From: Bacteroidales bacterium
Lineage (GTDB): Bacteria > Bacteroidota > Bacteroidia > Bacteroidales > UBA3663
Direction: 5' to 3'
DNA: 64,000 nucleotides
Assembly: GCA_024694125.1 (NCBI GenBank)
Contig: JAILKE010000024.1
Span: 5,784 to 69,783, forward strand
Part shown: positions 42,714 to 53,800 of the stretch, piece by piece
How positions within the stretch are numbered: position 1 is the first letter of the stretch
How the letters are laid out: each line of letters begins with the position of its first letter
Translations under genes and position numbers: made by a program
Notes under the pieces: model-generated
Told to the model about the DNA's origin: nothing
The model's input: the letters and a program-made list of their open reading frames with translations, nothing else
The model's database searches: none

Positions 42714-44417
42714 ATGTGTGGTATAGCTTGTATATTGGACATTGATGACCAGACCCCGCAGTTGCGGCAGAAGGCACTCCGAATGAGTCAGAAGATCCGT
42801 CACCGCGGACCAGACTGGAGCGGCATCTACGTCGGACCATCAGCCATATTGGCCCATGAGCGACTCAGCATCGTGGACCCAGTTTCCGGAGGGCAGCCCC
42901 TCTATTCGCCCGATCGTCGTCAGGTACTTGCCGTCAATGGAGAGATATACAATCACCGCGAGATACGACGCACGTTGGCTGGACGGTACGAGTTCAGTAC
43001 CGGTTCGGACTGCGAGGTCATACTGGCGCTCTATCGCCAGTGGCGTGAGCAGGGAACCGACGATGCGACCTGGCTCTTCGAACAGCTGAACGGCATCTTT
43101 GCCTTCTGTCTGTACGACGAGGAGACCGACCAGTACCTGGTGGGCCGAGATCCTATCGGCGTCATACCGCTCTACATTGGGCATGACAGCGAGGGCCGAT
43201 GCTACGTGGCATCGGAGCTGAAGGCGCTCGAGGGATTCTGCGACACATACGAACCCTTCCTGCCCGGCCATTACTACAGCAGCCGGAGCAAGAAACAGAC
43301 ATGTTGGTATAAGCGCGACTGGATGACTTGGCGTCCAGAGTCGTCCAGCCGCCAGCCAACTTATCAAGAGAGCGTGACGGCAGTGCACGATGCACTCGAG
43401 GCAGCCGTCAAGCGTCAGCTGATGTGCGATGTCCCCTACGGCGTATTGCTGTCGGGCGGACTGGACAGTAGCGTCACATCGGCCATTGCGATGCAGTACT
43501 CACAGCGCCGCATCGAGAGCAATGACACCGAACATGCCTGGTGGCCACGGCTGCACTCCTTTGCCGTGGGACTGAAGGGTGCACCTGACCTGGCCAAGGC
43601 CCGCGAGGTGGCCGAACATATCGGTACGGTGCATCACGAGATCAACTACACGATACAGGAGGGTCTGGATGCCATCCGCGACGTGATCTATTATATCGAG
43701 ACGTACGATGTCACCACCGTGCGTGCCTCGACCCCTATGTACCTGCTGGCCCGTGTCATCAAGTCGATGGGCATCAAGATGGTCCTGTCCGGCGAGGGTG
43801 CCGACGAGGTCTTCGGCGGGTATCTCTATTTCCACAAGGCGCCCGATGCACGCGAGTTCCACGAGGAGACGGTGCGCAAACTGGGCAAACTCTATCAGTA
43901 CGATTGCCTACGCGCCAACAAGTCGCTTGCTGCATGGGGCATCGAGGGCCGAGTACCATTCCTGGACAAGGAGTTCCTGGACGTAGCCATGTCGGTGCCT
44001 GCCGAGCACAAGATGTGCCCTGGCAAGACCGTCGAGAAGAAAGTGGTGCGCGATGCCTTCTCGTCCATCCTGCCCGAGAGCGTGGCATGGCGTCAGAAGG
44101 AGCAGTTCTCCGACGGCGTGGGTTACTCATGGATCGACACCCTGAAGGAGATTACCTCCGCTGCCGTCACGGACGAGCAGATGGCACACGCCGCCGAGCG
44201 TTTCCCCATCAACACTCCTATGTGCAAGGAGGAGTATTACTACCGCTCTATCTTCGAGGAGCATTTCCCCTCCGAGAGCGCAGCCCGCTCCGTACCTCAC
44301 GAGGCGAGCGTAGCCTGCTCTACAGCCAAGGCCCTCGAATGGGATGCCCGCTGGAAGAACATGAACGAGCCGTCGGGTAGAGCGGTAACGGACGTTCACT
44401 CGGCTGCTGCCGAGTGA
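42714..44417 (+). CDS. asnB: Asparagine synthetase B (glutamine-hydrolysing)
   Basis: MCGI, RHRGPDWSG, NGEIYNH, LLSGGLDSS and SGEGADE. Confidence 0.97.
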   Translation: MCGIACILDIDDQTPQLRQKALRMSQKIRHRGPDWSGIYVGPSAILAHERLSIVDPVSGGQPLYSPDRRQVLAVNGEIYNHREIRRTLAGRYEFSTGSDCEVILALYRQWREQGTDDATWLFEQLNGIFAFCLYDEETDQYLVGRDPIGVIPLYIGHDSEGRCYVASELKALEGFCDTYEPFLPGHYYSSRSKKQTCWYKRDWMTWRPESSSRQPTYQESVTAVHDALEAAVKRQLMCDVPYGVLLSGGLDSSVTSAIAMQYSQRRIESNDTEHAWWPRLHSFAVGLKGAPDLAKAREVAEHIGTVHHEINYTIQEGLDAIRDVIYYIETYDVTTVRASTPMYLLARVIKSMGIKMVLSGEGADEVFGGYLYFHKAPDAREFHEETVRKLGKLYQYDCLRANKSLAAWGIEGRVPFLDKEFLDVAMSVPAEHKMCPGKTVEKKVVRDAFSSILPESVAWRQKEQFSDGVGYSWIDTLKEITSAAVTDEQMAHAAERFPINTPMCKEEYYYRSIFEEHFPSESAARSVPHEASVACSTAKALEWDARWKNMNEPSGRAVTDVHSAAAE

Positions 44418-44590
44418 ACAAAGGAAGTGACAAAGAAGTGACAAGGAAGTGACAGGGAAGTGACAAGGACGAATGAAACTACCTAATTGGAAAAGTAATT
44501 TGTAAACTAACTTTTTGTACTTTGTATTTCTAACTTTTTGTACTTTGTACTTTGTCCCTTTGTCCTTAATCCAAGGTTCCTTTGTCCTTA
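44418..44590 (+). repeat. Composite intergenic repeat (AAGGAAGTGAC 11-mers, degenerate anchor, CTTTGTA 7-mers)
   Basis: Four GAAGTGACA units, AGGACGAAT at 44466-74, then a TTTGTAC/TTTGTCC array. Confidence 0.75.
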
Positions 44591-44633
44591 AAAAAGCGAT
44601 TTCTAAATAATTAATCCATAAAAAGTGTAACAT

Positions 44634-47600
44634 ATGACAAGTCATCAGGGACTGTACAGTCCTGCTTACGAACACGATGCTTGTGGTGTTGGCATGGTAG
44701 TCAACATCAATGGCAACAAGAGTCATCAGTTGGTCGATGACGCCCTGCGCGTATTGGAAAATATGGAGCACCGTGGAGCCGAGACGCCCGACAAGACGGG
44801 CGATGGCGCCGGTATCATGCTCCAGATTCCTCACGAGTTTATCCTGCTGCAGGGTATTCCAGTGCCCGAGAAGGGCCACTACGGCACCGGCCTGGTCTTC
44901 CTCCCCAAGAACGCCGACCGCCAGTCGGAGATCCTCTCCGTAATGATAGAGGAGGTAGAGCGCGAAGGCCTCAACATCATGTACATACGCACGGTACCCA
45001 CCTGTCCGGAGGTACTGGGCGATGCTGCGCGTGAAGTCGAACCCGACATCCGCCAGATCTTCATCACGGGCATAGCCGATGACCGCGTGCCCGTCTTCGA
45101 GCGCATATTGTACCGCATCCGTCGCAAGATCGAGAACCGCATCAAGGATGAGGACTTCTACATCTGCTCGCTCTCCAACCGCAACATCATCTACAAGGGT
45201 ATGCTCACCTCGAGCCAGTTGCGCCGTTACTATCCGGACCTGAGCAACAGCTACCTGACCAGTGGTCTGGCCCTGGTACACTCACGATTCTCGACCAACA
45301 CGTTCCCCAAGTGGAAGTTGGCGCAGCCATTCCGTCTGTTGTGCCACAATGGCGAGATCAACACCATACGCGGCAACCGCGGCTGGATGCAGGCGCGCGA
45401 GAGCGTGCTCTCGTCACCGGCATTGGGCAATATCCGCGACATAGCACCTATCCTGCAGTCGGACATGAGCGACTCAGCCAGTCTGGACAACGTACTGGAG
45501 TTCCTGCTCATGTCGGGCCTGAGCCTGCCCAAGGCTATGGCAGTGCTGGTTCCAGAGTCGTTCAACGACCTGAACCCTATCAGCGAGGACCTCAAGGCAT
45601 TCTACGAGTATCACTCCATCCTGATGGAGCCATGGGACGGTCCTGCAGCATTGCTGTTCAGTGATGGCCGATATGCAGGCGGAATGTTGGACCGCAACGG
45701 TCTGCGTCCGTCGCGCTACACCATCACCAAGGGCGGTATGATGGTCGTGGCGAGCGAGGTAGGCGTGATGGACTTCGACCCCAGTGAGGTGGTCAGCAAG
45801 GGCCGTCTGCAGCCTGGCAAGATACTGCTCATCGATACCGAGGAGGGCAAGATTTACTACGACGGCGAGATCAAGGAGCAGTTGGCCCGCGAGTACCCCT
45901 ATGCCCAGTGGCTATCGACCAACCGCATACAGCTGGAGCGACTCAAGAGCGGCCGCAAGGTAGATAACTCCGTGCCCAACTACGAGCGTAAGTTGCGCCT
46001 GTTCGGCTTCGGCCAGGAGGACATCGACAAGACCGTCATCCCTATGTGTACCCAGGGTCAGGAGCCCGTGGCTGCCATGGGCAACGACACGCCGTTGGCA
46101 GTCATCTCGGACCGTGCACAGGTCTTCTTCAACTACTTCCGCCAGCAGTTCGCGCAGGTGACCAACCCTGCCATTGACCCAATCCGCGAGGAACTCGTGA
46201 TGTCGCTCACCGAGTACATCGGCGCAGTGGGCACCAACATCCTCACACCGTCCGAGTCCAACTGCAAGATGGTGCGTCTGCCACAGCCTGTATTGACCAA
46301 TGCCCAGTTGGACATCCTGTGCAACATCCGCTACAAGGGCTTCAATACCAAGAAGGTGCCCATGCTGTTCGATATCAGCAAGGGCGAACTGGGACTGCAG
46401 CAGGCCATCGACCAGCTGTGCCGTCAGGCCGAGGCCTGTGTCGATGAGGGCGTCAACTACATCATCCTCTCTGACCGCGACGTGGATGCCACCCATGCAG
46501 CCATCCCATCGCTGCTGGCAGTGAGTGCCGTGCACCACTATCTGATCAGTGTGCAGAAGCGCGTACAGACTGCATTGATCGTCGAGTCCGGCGAGATACG
46601 CGAGGTGATGCACGCCGCACTGCTGCTGGGCTACGGCGCCAGCGCCATCTGCCCATATATGACCTTCGCCGTGCTGGATCGCCTGGTGGCTACCCACCGC
46701 ATCCAGGAGGAGTACCACACCGCCGAGAGCAACTACATCAAGGCTGTCGATAAGGGCCTGAAGAAGATCATGTCCAAGATGGGTATCTCCACCATCCGCA
46801 GCTACCGCGGTGCACAGATATTCGAGGCCATCGGCCTGAGCGAGGACCTGCTGCGCCGTTACTTCGGCACCGAGATCAGCACCATAGGCGGCATCGGACT
46901 GCGCGAGGTGGCACGTGATGCCATCGCCTTCCACCAGGAGGGCTTCGGCCCCGAACAGATCAACGAGTTCCTGCCCAACAACGGCCTGTTCAACTACCGC
47001 AAGGACGGCATCAAGCATGCCTGGAACCCCGAGACCATCGCACAGCTGCAGATTGCTACGCACGAGGGTAACTACGAGAAGTTCAAGGCATGGGCGAACA
47101 TCGTCGATGAGAAGGAGAAGCCTATCTTCCTGCGCGACTTCCTCACCTACCGCAAGGCTGCCAAGCCATTGCCACTGGAGAAGGTCGAACCGGTAGAGAG
47201 CATCGTCAAGCACTTCGTCACCGGCGCCATGTCGTTCGGCGCATTGAGCATCGAGGCGCACGAGGCGCTGGCATTGGCCATGAACAAACTCGGCGCACGC
47301 AGCAACACCGGCGAGGGCGGCGAGGACAATGCCCGCTACCACAGTGAGGTGGATGGCATCAGCCTGTCGTCCAAGACCAAGCAGATCGCCTCAGGCCGTT
47401 TCGGCGTGACAGCCGAGTACCTGGTCAATGCCGAGGAGATTCAGATCAAGGTCGCCCAGGGTGCCAAGCCTGGTGAGGGTGGTCAGTTGCCTGGTTTCAA
47501 GGTCAATGACATCATTGCCAAGACCCGTAACGCCATCCCTGGCATCTCGCTCATCTCGCCTCCGCCTCACCACGACATCTATTCGATCGAGGACCTGGCG

Positions 47601-49121
47601 CAGCTCATCTTCGACCTCAAGAACATCAACCCGACGGCTGCCGTCAGCGTCAAGCTGGTAGCCGAGAGCGGCGTCGGTACCATCGCTGCCGGTGTAGCCA
47701 AGGCTAAGGCTGACCTGATTGTCATATCGGGCGCCGAGGGCGGTACAGGCGCATCGCCTGCCAGCTCTATGCGTTTCGCCGGCATCTCGCCCGAGATTGG
47801 ACTGGCCGAGACCCAGCAGACACTGGTGCTGAATGGCCTGCGTGGTCAGGTCCGACTGCAGACTGACGGTCAGATCAAGACTGCCCGCGACGTGATCATG
47901 ATGGCGCTGCTGGGCGCCGACGAGTATTCGTTCGGCACACTGCCTCTCATCGTGCTGGGTTGCGTCATGATGCGCAAGTGCAATACCAATACCTGTCCGG
48001 TGGGCGTGGCTACACAGGACGAACGTCTGCGTGCCCGCTTCCGTGGCCGCTACGAGTATGTGGTCAACTTCTTCACCTTCCTGGCTCAGCAGGTACGCGA
48101 GTATCTCGCCGAGATGGGCGTGGCACGACTGGAGGACATCATCGGCCGTACCGACCTCATCGAGCGCCGTCCCGTTGACCCTACATCCAAGCAGGCTACC
48201 ATCGATCTGTCGCGCCTGTTGGCCAAACCTACAGCCGACCGTCCTCTCTGCTGGGATCATCGTCCATTCTCTACCATCGACCCCGTGCGCGACCAGGACA
48301 TCATCCGTGCTGCCCAGCACGCACTGGAGAAGCAGGAGGAGGTCAATCTGGACTATGCCCTGCGCAACACCGACCGTGCCGTGGGTACGATGCTGTCGGG
48401 TGAGATTGCCCGCCGATATGGTGAGGCTGGTCTGCCGGACGATACCATCAACATCCGTTTCAAGGGCAGCGCAGGTCAGTCGTTCGGCGCCTTCCTGGCG
48501 CACGGCGTCACCCTCAAGCTCGAGGGCGAGTGCAACGACTACTTCGGCAAGGGCCTCTCGGGCGGTCGCATAGCTATCCTGCCTCCGGCTCGCCGCGGCA
48601 TCGACTTTGCTGCCGAGGACAATATCATAGCCGGCAACACGGGCCTGTACGGCGCTACATCGGGCCAGCTCTTTGTCAATGGCAAGGTAGGCGAACGCTT
48701 CGGTGTACGTAACTCGGGCGCCACCGCCGTCATCGAGGGCGCAGGCGATCACTGCTGTGAGTACATGACCGGTGGCCGCGTAGTGGTACTGGGTGAGGTA
48801 GGACGTAACTTCGCTGCCGGTATGTCGGGCGGCGTAGCCTATGTCTGGGACCGCAACCACCACTTCGACTACTTCTGCAACATGGATATGGTCGAGATTA
48901 ATCTGGTCGAGGAGTCGGCCTACCGCAAGGAACTGATGGAACTGGTGCGCAAGCATTATCTCTATACGGGTTCGCCTCTGGCTGGCCGTATGCTCGACAA
49001 CTGGAACCAGTACGTCGATGAGTTCATTCAGGTAGTGCCTATCGAGTACAAACGCGTTCTCGAGGAGGAGAAGATGCTCCGACTCCAGAAGAAGATTGCC
49101 GATATGCAGAGAGATTATTAA
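44634..49121 (+). CDS. gltB: Glutamate synthase large subunit
   Basis: EHDACGVG, HSRFSTNTFP, EPWDGPA, NTGEGGE, QGAKPGEGGQL and SPPPHHDIYSIEDL. Confidence 0.98.
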   Translation: MTSHQGLYSPAYEHDACGVGMVVNINGNKSHQLVDDALRVLENMEHRGAETPDKTGDGAGIMLQIPHEFILLQGIPVPEKGHYGTGLVFLPKNADRQSEILSVMIEEVEREGLNIMYIRTVPTCPEVLGDAAREVEPDIRQIFITGIADDRVPVFERILYRIRRKIENRIKDEDFYICSLSNRNIIYKGMLTSSQLRRYYPDLSNSYLTSGLALVHSRFSTNTFPKWKLAQPFRLLCHNGEINTIRGNRGWMQARESVLSSPALGNIRDIAPILQSDMSDSASLDNVLEFLLMSGLSLPKAMAVLVPESFNDLNPISEDLKAFYEYHSILMEPWDGPAALLFSDGRYAGGMLDRNGLRPSRYTITKGGMMVVASEVGVMDFDPSEVVSKGRLQPGKILLIDTEEGKIYYDGEIKEQLAREYPYAQWLSTNRIQLERLKSGRKVDNSVPNYERKLRLFGFGQEDIDKTVIPMCTQGQEPVAAMGNDTPLAVISDRAQVFFNYFRQQFAQVTNPAIDPIREELVMSLTEYIGAVGTNILTPSESNCKMVRLPQPVLTNAQLDILCNIRYKGFNTKKVPMLFDISKGELGLQQAIDQLCRQAEACVDEGVNYIILSDRDVDATHAAIPSLLAVSAVHHYLISVQKRVQTALIVESGEIREVMHAALLLGYGASAICPYMTFAVLDRLVATHRIQEEYHTAESNYIKAVDKGLKKIMSKMGISTIRSYRGAQIFEAIGLSEDLLRRYFGTEISTIGGIGLREVARDAIAFHQEGFGPEQINEFLPNNGLFNYRKDGIKHAWNPETIAQLQIATHEGNYEKFKAWANIVDEKEKPIFLRDFLTYRKAAKPLPLEKVEPVESIVKHFVTGAMSFGALSIEAHEALALAMNKLGARSNTGEGGEDNARYHSEVDGISLSSKTKQIASGRFGVTAEYLVNAEEIQIKVAQGAKPGEGGQLPGFKVNDIIAKTRNAIPGISLISPPPHHDIYSIEDLAQLIFDLKNINPTAAVSVKLVAESGVGTIAAGVAKAKADLIVISGAEGGTGASPASSMRFAGISPEIGLAETQQTLVLNGLRGQVRLQTDGQIKTARDVIMMALLGADEYSFGTLPLIVLGCVMMRKCNTNTCPVGVATQDERLRARFRGRYEYVVNFFTFLAQQVREYLAEMGVARLEDIIGRTDLIERRPVDPTSKQATIDLSRLLAKPTADRPLCWDHRPFSTIDPVRDQDIIRAAQHALEKQEEVNLDYALRNTDRAVGTMLSGEIARRYGEAGLPDDTINIRFKGSAGQSFGAFLAHGVTLKLEGECNDYFGKGLSGGRIAILPPARRGIDFAAEDNIIAGNTGLYGATSGQLFVNGKVGERFGVRNSGATAVIEGAGDHCCEYMTGGRVVVLGEVGRNFAAGMSGGVAYVWDRNHHFDYFCNMDMVEINLVEESAYRKELMELVRKHYLYTGSPLAGRMLDNWNQYVDEFIQVVPIEYKRVLEEEKMLRLQKKIADMQRDY

Positions 49122-49123
49122 TC

Positions 49124-49154
49124 AGACCCCCCCTTCCCCCCTGCATAGGGGGGA
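49124..49154. repeat. Solo copy of the DUF559-flanking palindrome
   Basis: AGACCCCCCCTTCCCCCCTGCATAGGGGGGA between gltB and gltD. Confidence 0.65.
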
Positions 49155-49181
49155 GATTCTTCTCAGTTTATAATATTTACT

Positions 49182-50528
49182 ATGGGAAATCCAAAAGCAT
49201 TTCTGACCGTGCCTCGCAAGGAGGCCGGCTATAGACCAATAAATGACCGAATACATGATTTCGGAGAGGTCGAACAGACCTTGAACACCAAGGACCGCCA
49301 GGAACAGGCAAGCCGCTGTATGGATTGCGGCGTACCATTCTGCCACTGGGCATGTCCATTGGGCAACAAAGATCCAGAGTGGAATGACGCTCTCTACCGC
49401 GGTGAGTGGGAGATGGCTTACAAACTGCTCAAGAAGACGAACGACTTCCCGGAGTTCACGGGCCGTATCTGCCCTGCTCTGTGCGAGAAGAGCTGTGTGC
49501 TCTACCTCTCGGAGGGCGCTCCTGTCACCAACCGTGAGAATGAGTGCGCCATTGCCGAACGTGCCTACCAGGAGGGTTACGTCACCATCGAACATCCTGT
49601 GCGCAACGGCAAGCGCGTGGCTGTCATCGGCGCAGGACCTGCCGGTCTGGCTGCTGCCAATCAGCTCAATTACATGGGCTACGAGGTGACGGTCTTCGAC
49701 CGCAATGAGGCTGCCGGTGGTCTGCTCCGCTACGGCATCCCAAACTTCAAGCTCAACAAGGGGGTCATCGACCGCCGCATCCACGTGATGGAGCAGGAGG
49801 GCGTCCACTTTGAGTACGGACAGGACATCGACCCCACCAAGTTGCCTGCCGGTTTCGATGCCTACGTGCTGGCTACCGGTACGCCCCAGGCGCGTGACCT
49901 GAACATCCCCGGACGTGAACTGAAGGGTGTGCATCTGGCCCTGGAACTGCTCTCGCAGCAGAACCGTGTCCTGGCTGGACGTACTTACAGCGACGACGAA
50001 CGTGTCACTGCCCAGGGCAAGCATGTGCTGGTCATCGGTGGCGGTGATACTGGTTCGGACTGTATCGGTACTTCGCACCGTCAGGGCGCCCTCTCGGTCA
50101 CTCAGATTGAGATTATGCCTAAACCGCCCGTCGGCCATAACCCCGCTACCCCTTGGCCTAACTGGCCTGTGGTGCTCAAGACGACTTCGAGCCACGAGGA
50201 GGGTTGTACCCGCCGTTGGAACATCAATACACTGGAGTTCATCGGCAAGAAGGGCAAACTGACCGGCGTCAAGGTGCAGCCTATTGACTGGAAGCCTAAT
50301 CCCGCAGGCGGCCGTCCTATCATGGTCGAGGCTGGACCTGTCGAGGTCATTCCTGCGGACATTGTCTTCCTGGCTATGGGATTCATCAAGCCGCAGCACC
50401 CCGAACTGCCAGCTAACGTCTTCGTCGCAGGTGATGCCGCATCGGGTGCCAGCCTGGTGGTACGTGCCATCGCCAGTGGCCGCAAGACTGCCGCAGCAGT
50501 GGATGCTTTCCTGCGTAAGGAAAATTAA
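49182..50528 (+). CDS. gltD: Glutamate synthase small subunit
   Basis: RCMDCGVPFC, FPEFTGRICPALCE, GAGPAGL and GGGDTGSDC. Confidence 0.97.
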   Translation: MGNPKAFLTVPRKEAGYRPINDRIHDFGEVEQTLNTKDRQEQASRCMDCGVPFCHWACPLGNKDPEWNDALYRGEWEMAYKLLKKTNDFPEFTGRICPALCEKSCVLYLSEGAPVTNRENECAIAERAYQEGYVTIEHPVRNGKRVAVIGAGPAGLAAANQLNYMGYEVTVFDRNEAAGGLLRYGIPNFKLNKGVIDRRIHVMEQEGVHFEYGQDIDPTKLPAGFDAYVLATGTPQARDLNIPGRELKGVHLALELLSQQNRVLAGRTYSDDERVTAQGKHVLVIGGGDTGSDCIGTSHRQGALSVTQIEIMPKPPVGHNPATPWPNWPVVLKTTSSHEEGCTRRWNINTLEFIGKKGKLTGVKVQPIDWKPNPAGGRPIMVEAGPVEVIPADIVFLAMGFIKPQHPELPANVFVAGDAASGASLVVRAIASGRKTAAAVDAFLRKEN

Positions 50529-50695
50529 AAGTTAAGAGTTAATAATTAAGAGTTAAAAGTTAAGAATTAAAAATTAAAAGTGATTACCCTCCCTTTGGAG
50601 TAAGTTAAAATTTAAAGGTGATTTTTTTCCTTAACTTCTACAGATATATACGATTACATTTTTATTTCTTACTGCAATATCTTTATTATGCGTTG

Positions 50696-50739
50696 GCGCG
50701 CAGGGCGGCTTGGTGCCGGTCTGCGCGCTCTTCTTTTTT
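50696..50739 (+). terminator. Intrinsic terminator after gltD
   Basis: GCGCGCAG...CTGCGCGC stem followed by TCTTCTTTTTT. Confidence 0.7.
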
Positions 50740-50883
50740 GACTGATTTATAGTCGGGTTCTTCTTGCAATTGAGGTCGATTTTCTCCTTTTTTTCAATTA
50801 CACCATTGAAGTGAGCAAGTTGAGAAGACTTGTTCACTTCATTTTTCATTTTCAACTTTCAATTTTCAACTTTCAATTTTCAA

Positions 50884-53800
50884 TTAGTTTACGGCTTGGT
50901 ACAGGCGTATCATAGCCTGGAGGGCATCATATTGATGTTGGGCCAATGTCTGTTGCGCCGAGAGCAGGTTCTGTTGGGCCGAGAGAATCTCCAGATAGGT
51001 GGTCGATGAGTGCTGCATCAGGCGGGTAGTCTGATCGACGGCACGTTGCAACAGGGCTACGCGCTGCAGGTCATCCTCAACCAGGTGTCGGGTGGTCTGG
51101 CACAGAGACAATGCCGAACGGGTAGCTTCGCCTGCCGAGAGCAGCGCCTGGCGGAAGGAGAGCAGTGCCTCCTGCTGTTGCGCCTTGGCTATCTTCAGGT
51201 TGGCGCGGTTGGCACCCTGGGCAAAGAGCGGTTGCGTCAGTCCTGCCAGCAGGTTCCATATCATCTCGCCTGGATTGGCTACCGAGCCGGTTCCATCCAC
51301 GGTCCACTGACCATTGGCGGACAGCGTCAGTTTGGGGTAGAAGGCGGCGCGTGCAGCATTGACGGCGTAGAAGCATTGGCGCAGTTCCGCCTCGGCTACC
51401 ATCACCTCGGGGCGCGATGCCAGGTCCATCAGTGCCACGCCTTGCAGGGGTTCCACACGCAGCACCTGGCTGTCTATGTCGGACCGCTCTATGTGTCGTG
51501 GCGTCCAGCCCAGCAGGGTGCAGAGCGATGCCTCGGTGTCGGCGAGCGTCTGCTGCACGTCGAGCAGCGTCTGGTGCAGCGCCAGACAGGCAGCTTCGGC
51601 CTGCAGTACAGCTACTTCGGTGGTCATGCCTGCCTCCTTCATGCGGCGCAGCATCTCGGCATTACGCTGCCAGTTGGCGAGTGTGGCTTGGTCTATCTCG
51701 CACTGGCGGTCCAGCAGCAACAGCAGGTAGTAGTGTTGTGCCACGGTACCTATGACCGATGTCTGGGTGGCGTGGCACTGCGCCATGCGGGCAGCCAGCA
51801 GGGCCGATGCGCCGCGGTGGGCATTGGTCTGCGCGCCCCACAGGGGCAGTTCCCACGATGCCACAGGTCCTATCGTATTGTGATGCTCAGGGCGGAATCC
51901 GTCCTGGGCATATATATTGGCCTGAGCTTGCAGTGAGAGCGTAGGCAGGTACTGGAGCCGACGTGTGCTGAGGGTGGCTTGAGCCTCCTCCACGCGCAGT
52001 CGGGCTATGCCCAGGTCGGCATTGCGGACCAATGCGGAGTCTATCAGTTGCTGCAGCAGCGGGTCGGTGTATATGTTGTGCCATTGGGCCGATGTGAGGC
52101 TGTCCGTCTCCGCTACGGGATAGCCAGGTGTGGCGGTGGCATTGTCCGATAGCTCTTCGGCGAGTTGCTGCATCTCGGCTGGCCGTTGGTACTTGCCGTA
52201 CAGGCTGCATCCCGACAGCGAGAGCGAGGCAGCCACACAGAGCGGCACCATGATCCACGAGGCGAGATTGCGCTGCGGCATACGTTCCTGCAGACGTTGC
52301 ATCAGGACGAACAGCACCGGTACCACGAAGAGCAGCGCCAACGTACCGATCATCATGCCGCCCACGGTACCTATGCCCAACGAACGGTCGCCGTTGGCGC
52401 CGGCACCCGAGGCAAAGCACATAGGCAGCAGACCGAAGACCATCGTCAGTGAGGTCATCAGGATAGGGCGCAGACGTACCTGCGTGGCATCCAGGGCGGA
52501 CTCCTCGATGGTCATGCCCGATGCACGGCGCTGCGAGGCGTACTCGGTGAGCAGGATGGCAGTCTTGGACAACAGTCCTATCAGCATGATGATACCGGTC
52601 TGCATGTATATATTGTTCTCGATGCCGAATATCCTGGCGAACAGGAACGAGCCAGCCAGGCCGAACGGCACGCTGAAGATGACCGCCAACGGGATGCACA
52701 GACTCTCATACAGTCCGCACAGTATCAGGTAGATGAAGATGGTACAAGCCACGAACACCCATGCCGTGTTGCTGCCCTTCTGCTCGTTCTCCTCGCGCGA
52801 CATACCGCTGAACTCGTAGCTGTATCCCTCGGGCAGTGTCCGGGCTGCTACCTCGCGGATGGCCTTGATACATTCGCCCGATGAGTATCCCTCGTTGGGC
52901 ACGCCGTTCACGCGTATGGCATTGAACATATTGAAGCGGGTCAATGACTCGGAGCCGTAGGTCTTCTTCAACACTGTGAACTGTCCGACAGCGAGCATAT
53001 CGCCCGATGACGAGCGCACATAGAGACGGTCCAGGGCGGAGCGGTCCATGCGTATGTCGGGGTATGCCTGCACCATGACGCGGTACAGTTTGGAGAATCG
53101 GATGAAGTCCGATACATAGTTGCCGCCCACATAGCCCGATATGACATTGAGCACGTCATCCGGGTCAACGCCCATGCGTTTGCATCGCACCACGTCAACA
53201 TCAAACAGGTATTGGGGATAGTTCATGGCGTAGCTGGTCTGGGCACGGGCTATCTCAGGACGCTCGTTCAGTCCCTGAATCAGGTCGCGCGTATAGCGGT
53301 CCAGTTCCTCCCACGTGCTGCCTTTCTTGTCCTGCACATAGAGGTCAAAGCCGTTGGACGAGCCGTAGCCCGATATCACCGGTTGGCCCTGGATGAGCAG
53401 TTTGGTATCCTTGATGTGGTCGGTCAGGGCGTAGATGCGGCGTTGGACAGCCTCGATGCTGTGTTCCTTGCCCTGGCGCTCGTCCCAGTTCTTCAGGCGT
53501 ATGGTGAACTGGGCGTTCGATGCACCTTGGCCCGAGTTCTTGCCGGCACCCAGTATGATGGAGTATGCCTTGATCTCCTCGACCTGTTTCAGGCATTGGT
53601 CCACCTCATCGACAGTGCGCTTGGTCTCGGTCATGGTGCTGCCTGGAGCGCCCTGTATGCTCAATGTGAGCGAACCCATGTCCTCGCTGGGCACCAGTCC
53701 GGTCTTGGTATTGTCCAATAGATAGGCGAAGACGCCGATGGCCAGCAGTGTACTGCCCAGCACGATGACCTTGTGGCGCAGACATAGTTGCACGCCGTTG

